A DNA stretch of 64,000 nt from a virus. The translations under genes were made by a program, and so were the position numbers. The notes beneath the pieces are model-generated. The model was not told the DNA's origin and did no database searches. It worked only from the letters and a program-made list of their open reading frames with translations. Each line of letters begins with the position of its first letter. Within the stretch, counting starts at the first letter, position 1. Positions 10,057 through 19,073 of the stretch are shown here, one piece after another. The DNA is taken from the IMG/VR virus record IMGVR_UViG_3300033049_000013, positions 23,217-87,216 of that record. One strand, written 5' to 3'.

Positions 10057-13000
10057 CTATCTAAATTTATAAGTACTTGTTGTTATTTTATAAGGATTTG
10101 TTCCTATTAACTCATCAGGATGTGGATTAATTTTTGTCTTGTATTGTCTTCTAGTTTCTCTAATATTAAGAATATCTCCTATTTGACTATCAGTTAATTT
10201 TAATGTCTTAGCAGCTTTTACAATTCTTTCAGGTGCTACATCCTCACCTATATCAATTAATTCAGCAACTTTCATGTGAACAGATACATGCCTTTTAACT
10301 GGTACTATTCTACCCTTAGCATCTCTTTGTATATTTCCTTTAGAATCTCTAGAAGGGAATGTCAATGCTACATAGTCATTTGGAATACCTTTTTCATACA
10401 GTTCTTTAGAGATATTACTTAGATGCTTATCTTTTCTAATTAATTCCTCAGCTTCGGCATATGGCATTGTACCTGAATAAGATTGTAATTTAGGTTGTAA
10501 TTGCCTTCTACCTCCTATAATTACTTCTTCCATCTCTATAAATCCACCAGGATGTATTATAGGACTCTGATAATTATCAAACGTAACTGTACTATTATCA
10601 ATATAATGATACGGGTCTGGATTATAAGCATCCTCAGCTCTATTAATTGTATAATTATAGCTTTGTCTAGTAACAGGATTATGTTGAGTATACTTACCAA
10701 CCTTTAATCCTGATTCTGCTAAGTTTTGAAGTTGCATAGAAGTTTGATGTCTTGGGTCTTCTCTCCAATGTTTTAAGAATCCAAAGTTAACATCTTCAAA
10801 TCCTACTCTAGTTGTACCTTGTTTAGCAATTTTATCTGTTTTCCTTCCCTTATCATCCAATTCATACACAGTAAATGGTAAAGAAAAGGCATTCTTATTT
10901 TCTTTACCTAATGCACTACCTAATTCATAAGTATATTGCTTACCAGTAGCTGCAGACAATTGCTGCAGGTATTGTGGCATAGTCTGAGCAGTTAATGTAC
11001 CATTCTCTCCTGGCAAATACATAGGAAGAGTATTAGTGTTCTGTTGATTCTGAAAGAATTCATTAACTCCTTTCTCTCTACCCTCTGCTAACCAATATTT
11101 ACCATCATTAGAATAAATACGATTAGACGATTTACCTGACAGTGGAGTAGCAGTCATAGTACCTAGATAGTGATTCATAGCTTTGTCATACTTAGACTTA
11201 GTAGCTGCTACTGAATTTAATTGTTCTTGTTGTGCATGTAGCTTACCAGGTTTCCAGTTAGTACCAATAGACATAGGTTCAATTAGATCTAATAGATCTC
11301 CAGCATTCTTATCTCCAGCCGCTTCTTTTGCTCGTAATTCGCTTAGAAGAGTTGAGTATGTACCTTTAGTGAATGAACTACCATTAATACCATTATCTAT
11401 GATTGAAGTCTTAAAGTCTTCATAAGTCATATTTGGATTATATTTCTTATTTAATTCATACGCTTGCTTAGATGTACTAACAAACTCATTCTGCCATTCT
11501 ACAGCATTCTCTAAGCCATTTAATTCCTCAACAGTCCATTGATAAGTTGGATTGGCTTTAACAGCATCCCCAGCTTCATTATAAGCTTGATTATGAATAT
11601 CCATTAAGTTCTTAGCTCCTTGTGCATTACGTTGAATTTCATGTAAAGCACTTACAGATAAATCAGAATTCTCTGATAATACAACTTCATCACCATCTTT
11701 ATTAGTCATAATGATTTTACCACCTCTATTCTCAAACTTCTGAGCCTGAGCAATATCATCATTTGTAATCTTACTAGCATCTCTAGCAGAATACATAGCA
11801 TTATCTCTATCAATTTTATTAGCATACTTTGGAGTACCATCAGGGTTTTTCTCACTCGCAGCAATTTGGGCAAAGAATGATGTCTCTACTCCACCTTTTT
11901 GTTGTAATAGTTGATTCTTCTTATCACCAAATTCAGTTAACGTCTTACCATAAGGAGACTCTACAGTAACTCCTGTATCAAAACGCTCCATTACTTCATA
12001 CTCCTTGTCTCGCTTAAACTCATGGTCTGATATTGCTATTGCAAAGCTATGTTTTATTTTAGCTAATTCAATCTCTTTTGAATGTGCCCATACAGGATTC
12101 TTCATTACCTTCAAATCTTCATCATGATCCATGTGAGCTATCTTACCCGCATAAGGTTCTGCTTCTTTACGAATTATATCAGCTATAAATGTATCGAACA
12201 TCTTAGTAGTTGCTACTTTAATAGGGTCTGCAGAAGCTAGCTTATTATAAGCATTCTGAGATTGTTTAACATCGTTTTCTAATGCTGACATTAAAGCTCT
12301 CTTAGCACGTTCTGTTTGTGGACCAGCTATACCATCAACTTTAATTATAGGTCTTCCTGTACGTTCTTGATATAACTTATTTATTGCAGTCTGTAATGCA
12401 GAACCATGCAATGTATTTAACTCATTAATAGACCCTTTAAATCCATCTAACTTCTCTTGGGCATTACCTACGAATTGGTCATAGTATTCCTTAGACGGTT
12501 TAGCTCCGCCACGAACTTCTTGGTCATAAGTCCATTCAGCTTCTAATTCACCTGTTTTCTTTAATTCATTTCGTAATGCAGATGATGCTTGTTCTAGTAA
12601 TTCTTTCTCACTAATCCAAGTATCTTTATCTTTCCTCCATTCTAATACACCTGTAGGTGAAGTCCTAGAACTTCCTTGTCCCCAAGTAGCATTAGATGAC
12701 TCTTTAGCATTAGCTACGAATTTCTCTAAGAATTCAGGTCTATTAACTGCATCTGTTAAATTGACATCACCCCAAGGATTATATTGAGTATGGTCAGTAC
12801 CAATACCAACATCTCTTGTCTGTGCTAGTTTTCTCTTTAGCTGATACTCTTGTGCTTTAGTAATATCACCATCCTTACGTCTAGTAGTAACATCTTTATA
12901 GTTAGTCATATAACCAGTATGACGATTCTTTATAGCAGTCATTTCTCCATGAATACCAAAATCTTTACCTACCACACCAAATAATTCCTCAGCTTGTGCA

Positions 13001-13278
13001 GTTGACTTAGTTAAATCTCCATTATAAAGATTCATAATATTATCAATACTCTTTTGATAACCTAGTTGCTTTTCTGTATGACGTTTTCTATCGTATCCCT
13101 CTAAACTAGGAACTTCTGATACCTTAGCTTTCAATTTTTTAAAATCTACTAACTTGGTATCATAGTCCTTTTGTTTTGTGGCTAAAGCTTGTCCCAATAA
13201 TTGAATGTTAGGTTTAAAAAAGAAATCCGCACGTGTCTGGTCAGCACCTAAATTTCCTGGTAATATTCTTGTTGCCAT
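10057..13278 (-). CDS. Cargo/ejection protein with putative peptidoglycan-binding motif, 1073 aa
   Basis: ALQTAINKLY...IIKVDGIAGPQTERA matches the DGxxGxxT signature of PG_binding_1; lies between cargo genes. Confidence 0.55.
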   Translation of the reverse strand: MATRILPGNLGADQTRADFFFKPNIQLLGQALATKQKDYDTKLVDFKKLKAKVSEVPSLEGYDRKRHTEKQLGYQKSIDNIMNLYNGDLTKSTAQAEELFGVVGKDFGIHGEMTAIKNRHTGYMTNYKDVTTRRKDGDITKAQEYQLKRKLAQTRDVGIGTDHTQYNPWGDVNLTDAVNRPEFLEKFVANAKESSNATWGQGSSRTSPTGVLEWRKDKDTWISEKELLEQASSALRNELKKTGELEAEWTYDQEVRGGAKPSKEYYDQFVGNAQEKLDGFKGSINELNTLHGSALQTAINKLYQERTGRPIIKVDGIAGPQTERAKRALMSALENDVKQSQNAYNKLASADPIKVATTKMFDTFIADIIRKEAEPYAGKIAHMDHDEDLKVMKNPVWAHSKEIELAKIKHSFAIAISDHEFKRDKEYEVMERFDTGVTVESPYGKTLTEFGDKKNQLLQQKGGVETSFFAQIAASEKNPDGTPKYANKIDRDNAMYSARDASKITNDDIAQAQKFENRGGKIIMTNKDGDEVVLSENSDLSVSALHEIQRNAQGAKNLMDIHNQAYNEAGDAVKANPTYQWTVEELNGLENAVEWQNEFVSTSKQAYELNKKYNPNMTYEDFKTSIIDNGINGSSFTKGTYSTLLSELRAKEAAGDKNAGDLLDLIEPMSIGTNWKPGKLHAQQEQLNSVAATKSKYDKAMNHYLGTMTATPLSGKSSNRIYSNDGKYWLAEGREKGVNEFFQNQQNTNTLPMYLPGENGTLTAQTMPQYLQQLSAATGKQYTYELGSALGKENKNAFSLPFTVYELDDKGRKTDKIAKQGTTRVGFEDVNFGFLKHWREDPRHQTSMQLQNLAESGLKVGKYTQHNPVTRQSYNYTINRAEDAYNPDPYHYIDNSTVTFDNYQSPIIHPGGFIEMEEVIIGGRRQLQPKLQSYSGTMPYAEAEELIRKDKHLSNISKELYEKGIPNDYVALTFPSRDSKGNIQRDAKGRIVPVKRHVSVHMKVAELIDIGEDVAPERIVKAAKTLKLTDSQIGDILNIRETRRQYKTKINPHPDELIGTNPYKITTSTYKFR

Positions 13279-13302
13279 GTTATTTTATTATCTTTAAAAT
13301 GT

Positions 13303-16173
13303 TTATTTTCCCTTGAATTGTATTAATTCGTTTGGATCAACTTGACCTGACATTACCGCTTGATAGGCTGCTGGACCATAGTTTTTATAAATGTTTTGCA
13401 TTACTTGCCATTCAAATTGATTTTGTCTAGCATTTCCTAGTTGTCTACCAGTATCTACTATACCTGTACCAAATTGAGTAACAGCTTTATTTCTAAGTGA
13501 ATCCCTAGCTAACTCTGCAGCTCTATTTTCACTTCTTGCAGATTCCTCAGCTCTTCTACGGTCTTCACCTCTAGCTACTTGTGTCTTATCCGCAGCTTCA
13601 GCTAATTGAATATCAATAGCTTGTTCTCTCATTGCTAAATCTCTAGATTTATCACTCATAGTAGAATATAAGTTAGCACGTAAAGCATTCTGTGCCTGTG
13701 CATTACCTACTTGATTTTGAATACCTCTAGTAGCTGCTGTATATCCAGCGTGTAATGGTCTCTTATCTAAGTTAGATCTACGACTTCTTTGTCTATGTAG
13801 TACTTTAGCTAACTCAGGATTATACTTAGCTGATGTATAAGCTGGTGGCTTAAAAGATTCTGCTAAATTATAGATTGCTGGAGTAAATTCACCAGCTAAT
13901 TGCAACCATGCATCATCAGTTAATGAACCTAAATTACCTAAAAATCCATCACCACCACGTCCAGTATTACGTCCAGTATTATCTGGCTTACTATGTCTTC
14001 TACGTTTAGATTTAAACTCAGGAGCATCTACAAGAGCTACTTGTTCATCATATAAATCAGCATTATAAATATCTTCAGGAAAATACCCTTTTACATTTAG
14101 AGGAGCAATAGCATCACCAGGAGCAGTAACAGGAGAACCATTACCACTAAAACCAGAAGTATTATTACTACTATTAGTTGGAGTTTGTGTTAATGGATTA
14201 CTTTGTAGAAAACTACTTATATCTTCTCCATAGCCAATACTACTCATAGGTTGTCCTCTAAAGTCATTTTGACTAAATAAACCTTGACTTAAATCCATTT
14301 CTTCATCCCCTGTGTCACCACCTATTTGATATTGTCTTCTTGAGTATCCTCCGAATTCTCTATTAGGTGTAAGCGATTCATAAAATGGAGATGGTAAAAG
14401 GTCAATTTCATTATCTTCTATAGAATTAGGATCTATTGGGAAATTATTAGCAGCGCCACTACTTATTGGTGCTGTTTGATTAGGTGCAACTGGATTAGGA
14501 AAAGGCTCAGACATTGGTTCATTAATAGTAGGTGCAACTTGTGAAGTACCTCTACTCTTTACTCTAGGTAAGTTAGCTAACCTATCTATTCTATCTAACT
14601 CAGCTAAATCCATTCTAGCACGTCTATTACCTTGTCTTGTAGTTACATCAGCAGTTCTATTAGCTTCTTGTGCTGCATTAATATTAGCAGCATGTTCAGC
14701 TCTATCAGCACTAGTTGTAGCACGTTCTATGCGTCTATTTAACTTCTCAGCAGCAGACTCATTTTTCTTTTGTTGGATTGCTGCTTTACGTCTAGCACGT
14801 TCTTGTGCCAGTCTACCTCCTGTAGGGTCAGTAGTTACATCTGCAGTACCTTGTACAGACGGATGTTGTTTAGTTACTTGTTCGTTTAATGCTGCTTGCT
14901 TTTCAGCAGTAGTTTGATTACTATTACTAGGTGTTTGTTTTCCAGTAAATAAATCATCTGCAACTGAATTTATCTCTACCCATTGGTCTTTAATGAAAGC
15001 AATATCACGTGGATTACTAAATCCTGAAGCTAATCCATCATTTAATTCCTGTGCCTCTAACAGTTGGTCTACTACACTTTGCTTGGCATTAGCACTATTA
15101 TCATTATTAGCACCTGGAGTAGTATTAGTTGTAGCATTGGCTTTTGCTGCCTTAGTTGCTGCTTTCTTCTTACCTGATGTAGGAGTATTGCCAGCTAGTA
15201 AATCACCTGCAGCCTTTGCTCCTGCTATATTTGCACTAGTTGCTATATTAGCTAAATTACCTGTACTTGGGTCAACTCCATTAAAGAATGGTCTTGCATG
15301 TGCAGCTTCTACTTGTTGCTGTGCAATCTCTTGAGCAGTTGGTGGACCAAACATTTCTCCATAATTAGGGAAATATTGTGATAAAATGTTACCATTATCA
15401 TCATCTAATTCGCCTGGTAATGGTGCATTACGTTCAAAACCTCCTACATAAGCATTAGCTTCCTCTGCTGTACCAGTAGTATATTTACTGTACGGATTTA
15501 CAGCTGGAGGAACAGGAGGATCAGGAGTTACTGTTGTACCTTTGGGTAACATTCCCTCAATCTTTACAGGTTGTCTAGGAGCAGACGCATTAGCAGCTAA
15601 CTCCTCAGTAATAGCTTCAGTAAACCCACTATACCCAGCTTCATTATTATATCTTACAACATCATCATACGTAGCTAAATATTGATTGTAAGCTTCTAAA
15701 TCTTCTGTAGCTAAGTTATCTGGATTAAAGTTAGGATTTTGCTGTACATGATTAAACCACCTATCAAAGTTAGCTCTAGTTTCAGGGTCATCTGTAACTC
15801 CTGGATAAATAACACTCCAGTCTAATACACTGTCAGTAGGTATAGTAGGAGTAGTTGGACCCGACCCAGGTGTTCTTAATCCTAATTGTGCTTTTATTCT
15901 TTTCTCGTACACGTTTTGTCCTTTAACAGTAAAGTCTCCTCCATTTGCTTTTGCAATTCCTGAGTCTGTAATTCTACCGTCGTCATCGAATCCATAGTAC
16001 ATTACATCATCATTCATACCTTTCATAGTCATATTCATTTCATTTCTGCCTCCTCCTGGAAATATCATAGATTCGTAATTGCTGTCCTTAAGACCAGTAC
16101 GAGCCATTCTAGAATTCCTTGCAACAGGGGCAGTTCCTCCATCTTGTTTTAAGTCTCTTATGTTAAATCTCAT
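13303..16173 (-). CDS. Cargo protein, low-complexity, 956 aa
   Basis: Pro/Asn/Ala-rich and probably disordered; xxxGG motifs (LKQDGG, QYQIGG); C-terminal helical region; position downstream of the muzzle-like gene as in crAss-like phages. Confidence 0.55.
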   Translation of the reverse strand: MRFNIRDLKQDGGTAPVARNSRMARTGLKDSNYESMIFPGGGRNEMNMTMKGMNDDVMYYGFDDDGRITDSGIAKANGGDFTVKGQNVYEKRIKAQLGLRTPGSGPTTPTIPTDSVLDWSVIYPGVTDDPETRANFDRWFNHVQQNPNFNPDNLATEDLEAYNQYLATYDDVVRYNNEAGYSGFTEAITEELAANASAPRQPVKIEGMLPKGTTVTPDPPVPPAVNPYSKYTTGTAEEANAYVGGFERNAPLPGELDDDNGNILSQYFPNYGEMFGPPTAQEIAQQQVEAAHARPFFNGVDPSTGNLANIATSANIAGAKAAGDLLAGNTPTSGKKKAATKAAKANATTNTTPGANNDNSANAKQSVVDQLLEAQELNDGLASGFSNPRDIAFIKDQWVEINSVADDLFTGKQTPSNSNQTTAEKQAALNEQVTKQHPSVQGTADVTTDPTGGRLAQERARRKAAIQQKKNESAAEKLNRRIERATTSADRAEHAANINAAQEANRTADVTTRQGNRRARMDLAELDRIDRLANLPRVKSRGTSQVAPTINEPMSEPFPNPVAPNQTAPISSGAANNFPIDPNSIEDNEIDLLPSPFYESLTPNREFGGYSRRQYQIGGDTGDEEMDLSQGLFSQNDFRGQPMSSIGYGEDISSFLQSNPLTQTPTNSSNNTSGFSGNGSPVTAPGDAIAPLNVKGYFPEDIYNADLYDEQVALVDAPEFKSKRRRHSKPDNTGRNTGRGGDGFLGNLGSLTDDAWLQLAGEFTPAIYNLAESFKPPAYTSAKYNPELAKVLHRQRSRRSNLDKRPLHAGYTAATRGIQNQVGNAQAQNALRANLYSTMSDKSRDLAMREQAIDIQLAEAADKTQVARGEDRRRAEESARSENRAAELARDSLRNKAVTQFGTGIVDTGRQLGNARQNQFEWQVMQNIYKNYGPAAYQAVMSGQVDPNELIQFKGK

Positions 16174-16200
16174 TTTAAATTTTTTTTACAATAGTCAACT

Positions 16201-16246
16201 TAATACTAAGGCTTATAAGAGTAATCCTATAAGCCTATAATATTAT
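16201..16246 (-). terminator. Intergenic hairpin (terminator or processing site)
   Basis: Minus strand AGGCTTATAGGA-TTAC-TCTTATAAGCCT; weak U tract. Confidence 0.5.
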
Positions 16247-16263
16247 TATAAAGTATTGTTCTT

Positions 16264-17817
16264 TTAGTATAAATCAAAATCTCCTGTCATAGAATCATAG
16301 TTAGACACTCGTCCTTGTACAGTTCTACCTCCTTTCTCAAATTTTACAAATTGACCAGGATTAACACCTTGAATTACAATTTCGTCTTGATATTTAAAGT
16401 CAGGAAAACCTCTATCATTTCTACCACCATGCATGAATTGAGCCACCTCATCTTCAGGAGACATCATACTCATATCATCCATTGGTGCTTCGAGTTGTTC
16501 TTGTGGTTGACCTTGTTGTTGACCTTGTTGAGGTTCACTACCTAAATCTTGATTAGGGTCAGAATTTTGTTCAATTAATTGTCCTAAGACTTGACCTATC
16601 TTACCTGTATGTAAGTTATTTAATGGAGTATTTTTAATTTCCTCCATAGAAATACCTTGTTGAAGTAATTCTTTTTCAAATCCTTCAGAGAAAATATCAG
16701 TAGGATTACCTTGTAGCTGTTCAGGACTTAAAGGCTTTAATGCATTAGGTATCATTTCCATTACTTGTTGAGCAACTTGTGCTCCTATATTCATAGAATC
16801 ATTACCTACAGAATCTACCTCTTGCATATCTTGAGGTGTTGTCTCAGGTAATTGCATTGCTTGCTCTTCTTGTAATGCTGGATTCATTTCTGCTTCCATC
16901 ATACCACCTTCTTGATAAGAACGTCTTGAGTAAGGACTCATGTCTTCACCTATGTTATTCTCTACATTGTAAGTATGTCTATCCTTGGGAGATAATCTAC
17001 TAGGGTCTTGATAAGAATTACCACCTAATTGCATAACAATATTATCTTGATATTTGAAATCAGGGAATCCACGGTCATTAATACCACCTCCATATGCCCT
17101 ATTTCGTCTAGGCATAAATCCACCATTACGTTGAATAGGTACACCATTTTGAGGTGGTGACGGTTGATTTAAATCTGGTTGAGCTGGCATCTCAGCAGGT
17201 TGTTGTGAAGCTGCTAATTGAGGTAATTCTAAATTAGCCACAGCTTGCTGGTCATTACCTGCTAAAGTTTCAGCTTCATTAGGATTTTCTTGCATAATAA
17301 AATCCATTACAGAACCAAACTCTCTACCTTTTTTCTTTAATAGGTCGTGTAATCCCTTCATAAACCTACCTTCATTTTGTCTCTGTTCCATCATAGACAA
17401 TTCTTCTTCTAACATTGCTTTAGCTTTAGGGTCGTTTAAATATCTATCTCTAGGATTGTTTTCGGCTTTACTGAAATATTTCATATAAGGTTTCATATCA
17501 TCTGCCTGTGATTTACCATATTTCTTTCCCGCAGGAAATCCTTTTTCGGTAATCTTAGCAGAAGCTATATATACGGATTCATCAGTCTTCATAGGTATAC
17601 CCTCAGTACCACCTGCGTTTTTTTGACCATGCCTAGCACCATTAGCTAGAAAGCCTTTAGAAGAGACTTTACTAGCACTAGCACCACCAAACATAGACAC
17701 ATCGCTTGGGTTACCAACAACGACTTCACCACCTTCAATTTCAACATCTACAGCATCACCACCGTCTTCTTTAAAAGTAAGAGGATAGGGACTATTACGT
17801 CCCCCCTCTTTTAATAC
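16264..17817 (-). CDS. Cargo protein, distal part; probably reached by -1 frameshift from ORF 17811..19061 rather than the GTG at 17700
   Basis: The frame is open for 39 codons upstream of GTG 17700 (VLKEGGRNSPYPLTFKEDGGDAVDVEIEGGEVVVG) with no ATG/GTG/TTG back to the preceding in-frame TAG. It contains a VEIEGGEV motif resembling crAss-like cargo proteins, and an internal repeat NDRGFPDFKYQD. Confidence 0.7.
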   Translation of the reverse strand, partial: VLKEGGRNSPYPLTFKEDGGDAVDVEIEGGEVVVGNPSDVSMFGGASASKVSSKGFLANGARHGQKNAGGTEGIPMKTDESVYIASAKITEKGFPAGKKYGKSQADDMKPYMKYFSKAENNPRDRYLNDPKAKAMLEEELSMMEQRQNEGRFMKGLHDLLKKKGREFGSVMDFIMQENPNEAETLAGNDQQAVANLELPQLAASQQPAEMPAQPDLNQPSPPQNGVPIQRNGGFMPRRNRAYGGGINDRGFPDFKYQDNIVMQLGGNSYQDPSRLSPKDRHTYNVENNIGEDMSPYSRRSYQEGGMMEAEMNPALQEEQAMQLPETTPQDMQEVDSVGNDSMNIGAQVAQQVMEMIPNALKPLSPEQLQGNPTDIFSEGFEKELLQQGISMEEIKNTPLNNLHTGKIGQVLGQLIEQNSDPNQDLGSEPQQGQQQGQPQEQLEAPMDDMSMMSPEDEVAQFMHGGRNDRGFPDFKYQDEIVIQGVNPGQFVKFEKGGRTVQGRVSNYDSMTGDFDLY

Positions 17818-17823
17818 TTTTTT
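17779..17823 (-). other. Programmed -1 ribosomal frameshift signal
   Basis: In-frame A_AAA_AAG (17823-17817), 6-nt spacer TATTAA, then hairpin AAGAGG-GGGGAC-GTAATA-GTCCCT-AT-CCTCTT; the -1 frame is exactly the next ORF. Confidence 0.8.
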
Positions 17824-19061
17824 CCGTATCGACCGCCCATTTCGTACATTCTATTTCTATTTGTAGCACGTCCTCCCATTCTATAAGAAGGCATCATACC
17901 CATTCCATCATCCATCATTCCACTAGAATAAGGACGAGTCATTCCACCCATTTGCATTCTGTCGTAATCTCTACCATAAGGGTCATTTCCTCTCATGTAT
18001 TGATTAGTCATTCCGCCCATAGCGTATCTTGAACTCTGAGGCATATTGTTAAGGTCTCTACCTCTTTTATCAATACCTCTGTTATTAAAACGATTAGGAG
18101 CATCCATTCGCATGTCCATCATACGTTGTCTTTGCTCTGGAGTCATAAGAGACTCTCTATACTCTTGCGGATTAGGCGATGCTTCGAATCCTCTAGTTAA
18201 ATCACTATCGTCTTGCATCATCTGTGCTCTTTCAGCCTCAGCTTGCATCATTGCCATTTTCTCTGCTTTTTCTCTAGCCATACGTCTAGATACTCTACCC
18301 ATGCCTGTTCCGCCACCATCTTGGTACATTGAACGACCACCATAATTTCTCATCATGCCTTTTAAATAAGTTTTATGTTCAGGATTCCACCATGTCTGAG
18401 GATGTCCCATTCCATTTTGTTTCATACTGTTCATTTTAGTTAAATTTGAATCATAGTTATTACTATGTCTATAGTTATTTCCATTAGTACGCATTCCATC
18501 TGCAGCTACTAACGGATTTAGGGAAGTACCTAAACTTCCAACATTCTCTGCTTTCTGACCTTCAGCTACTTGTTCTTGTTGTTGAGCAGCTTGTTGTCTA
18601 TTAGCAATAATAGAACTAGCAGCACCTGCAACAGCACCAAGTGGTCCAGCAGTTGCAAAACCTTCCCCAGCACCACTTAAAGTACTACCAAGCATATTTT
18701 GCCCACTACTAGCTCCTTTAGTATCATCTTGTATTGCAGAACCTACTATACCTGTAGCAAGTCCAGCAGCTTTTCCAGTAATCTGTCCAGCTCTTTTATA
18801 ATTAAAAGGTTTACCCTCTGAATCTAATTCAATTTCAGGATCATTATTCATGTAGTCATCTCCTGGTTCACTAACTCCAGTTTCTCCACCAATCTGTCTT
18901 CGTTTTCTAGTAGTTTCCATTAATAGATTAATTTCACTAGGACGCATGTTACGAAAACCTTCATAAGATAAATTAGTAATTGCTCCTCGTTTTTTAAGCG
19001 AATCGTACAGTCCTCTTCTTCTATCAATTGTACCACCTTGTTGATACTTAAATCTTGTCAT
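17811..19061 (-). CDS. Cargo protein, proximal part, 416 aa (Met/Gly/Arg-rich with a Gly/Ala hydrophobic segment)
   Basis: Directly follows the muzzle-like gene; eight xxxGG motifs; segment GFATAGPLGAVAGAASSII. Confidence 0.6.
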   Translation of the reverse strand: MTRFKYQQGGTIDRRRGLYDSLKKRGAITNLSYEGFRNMRPSEINLLMETTRKRRQIGGETGVSEPGDDYMNNDPEIELDSEGKPFNYKRAGQITGKAAGLATGIVGSAIQDDTKGASSGQNMLGSTLSGAGEGFATAGPLGAVAGAASSIIANRQQAAQQQEQVAEGQKAENVGSLGTSLNPLVAADGMRTNGNNYRHSNNYDSNLTKMNSMKQNGMGHPQTWWNPEHKTYLKGMMRNYGGRSMYQDGGGTGMGRVSRRMAREKAEKMAMMQAEAERAQMMQDDSDLTRGFEASPNPQEYRESLMTPEQRQRMMDMRMDAPNRFNNRGIDKRGRDLNNMPQSSRYAMGGMTNQYMRGNDPYGRDYDRMQMGGMTRPYSSGMMDDGMGMMPSYRMGGRATNRNRMYEMGGRYGKKY

Positions 19062-19073
19062 GTTAAATGTATT

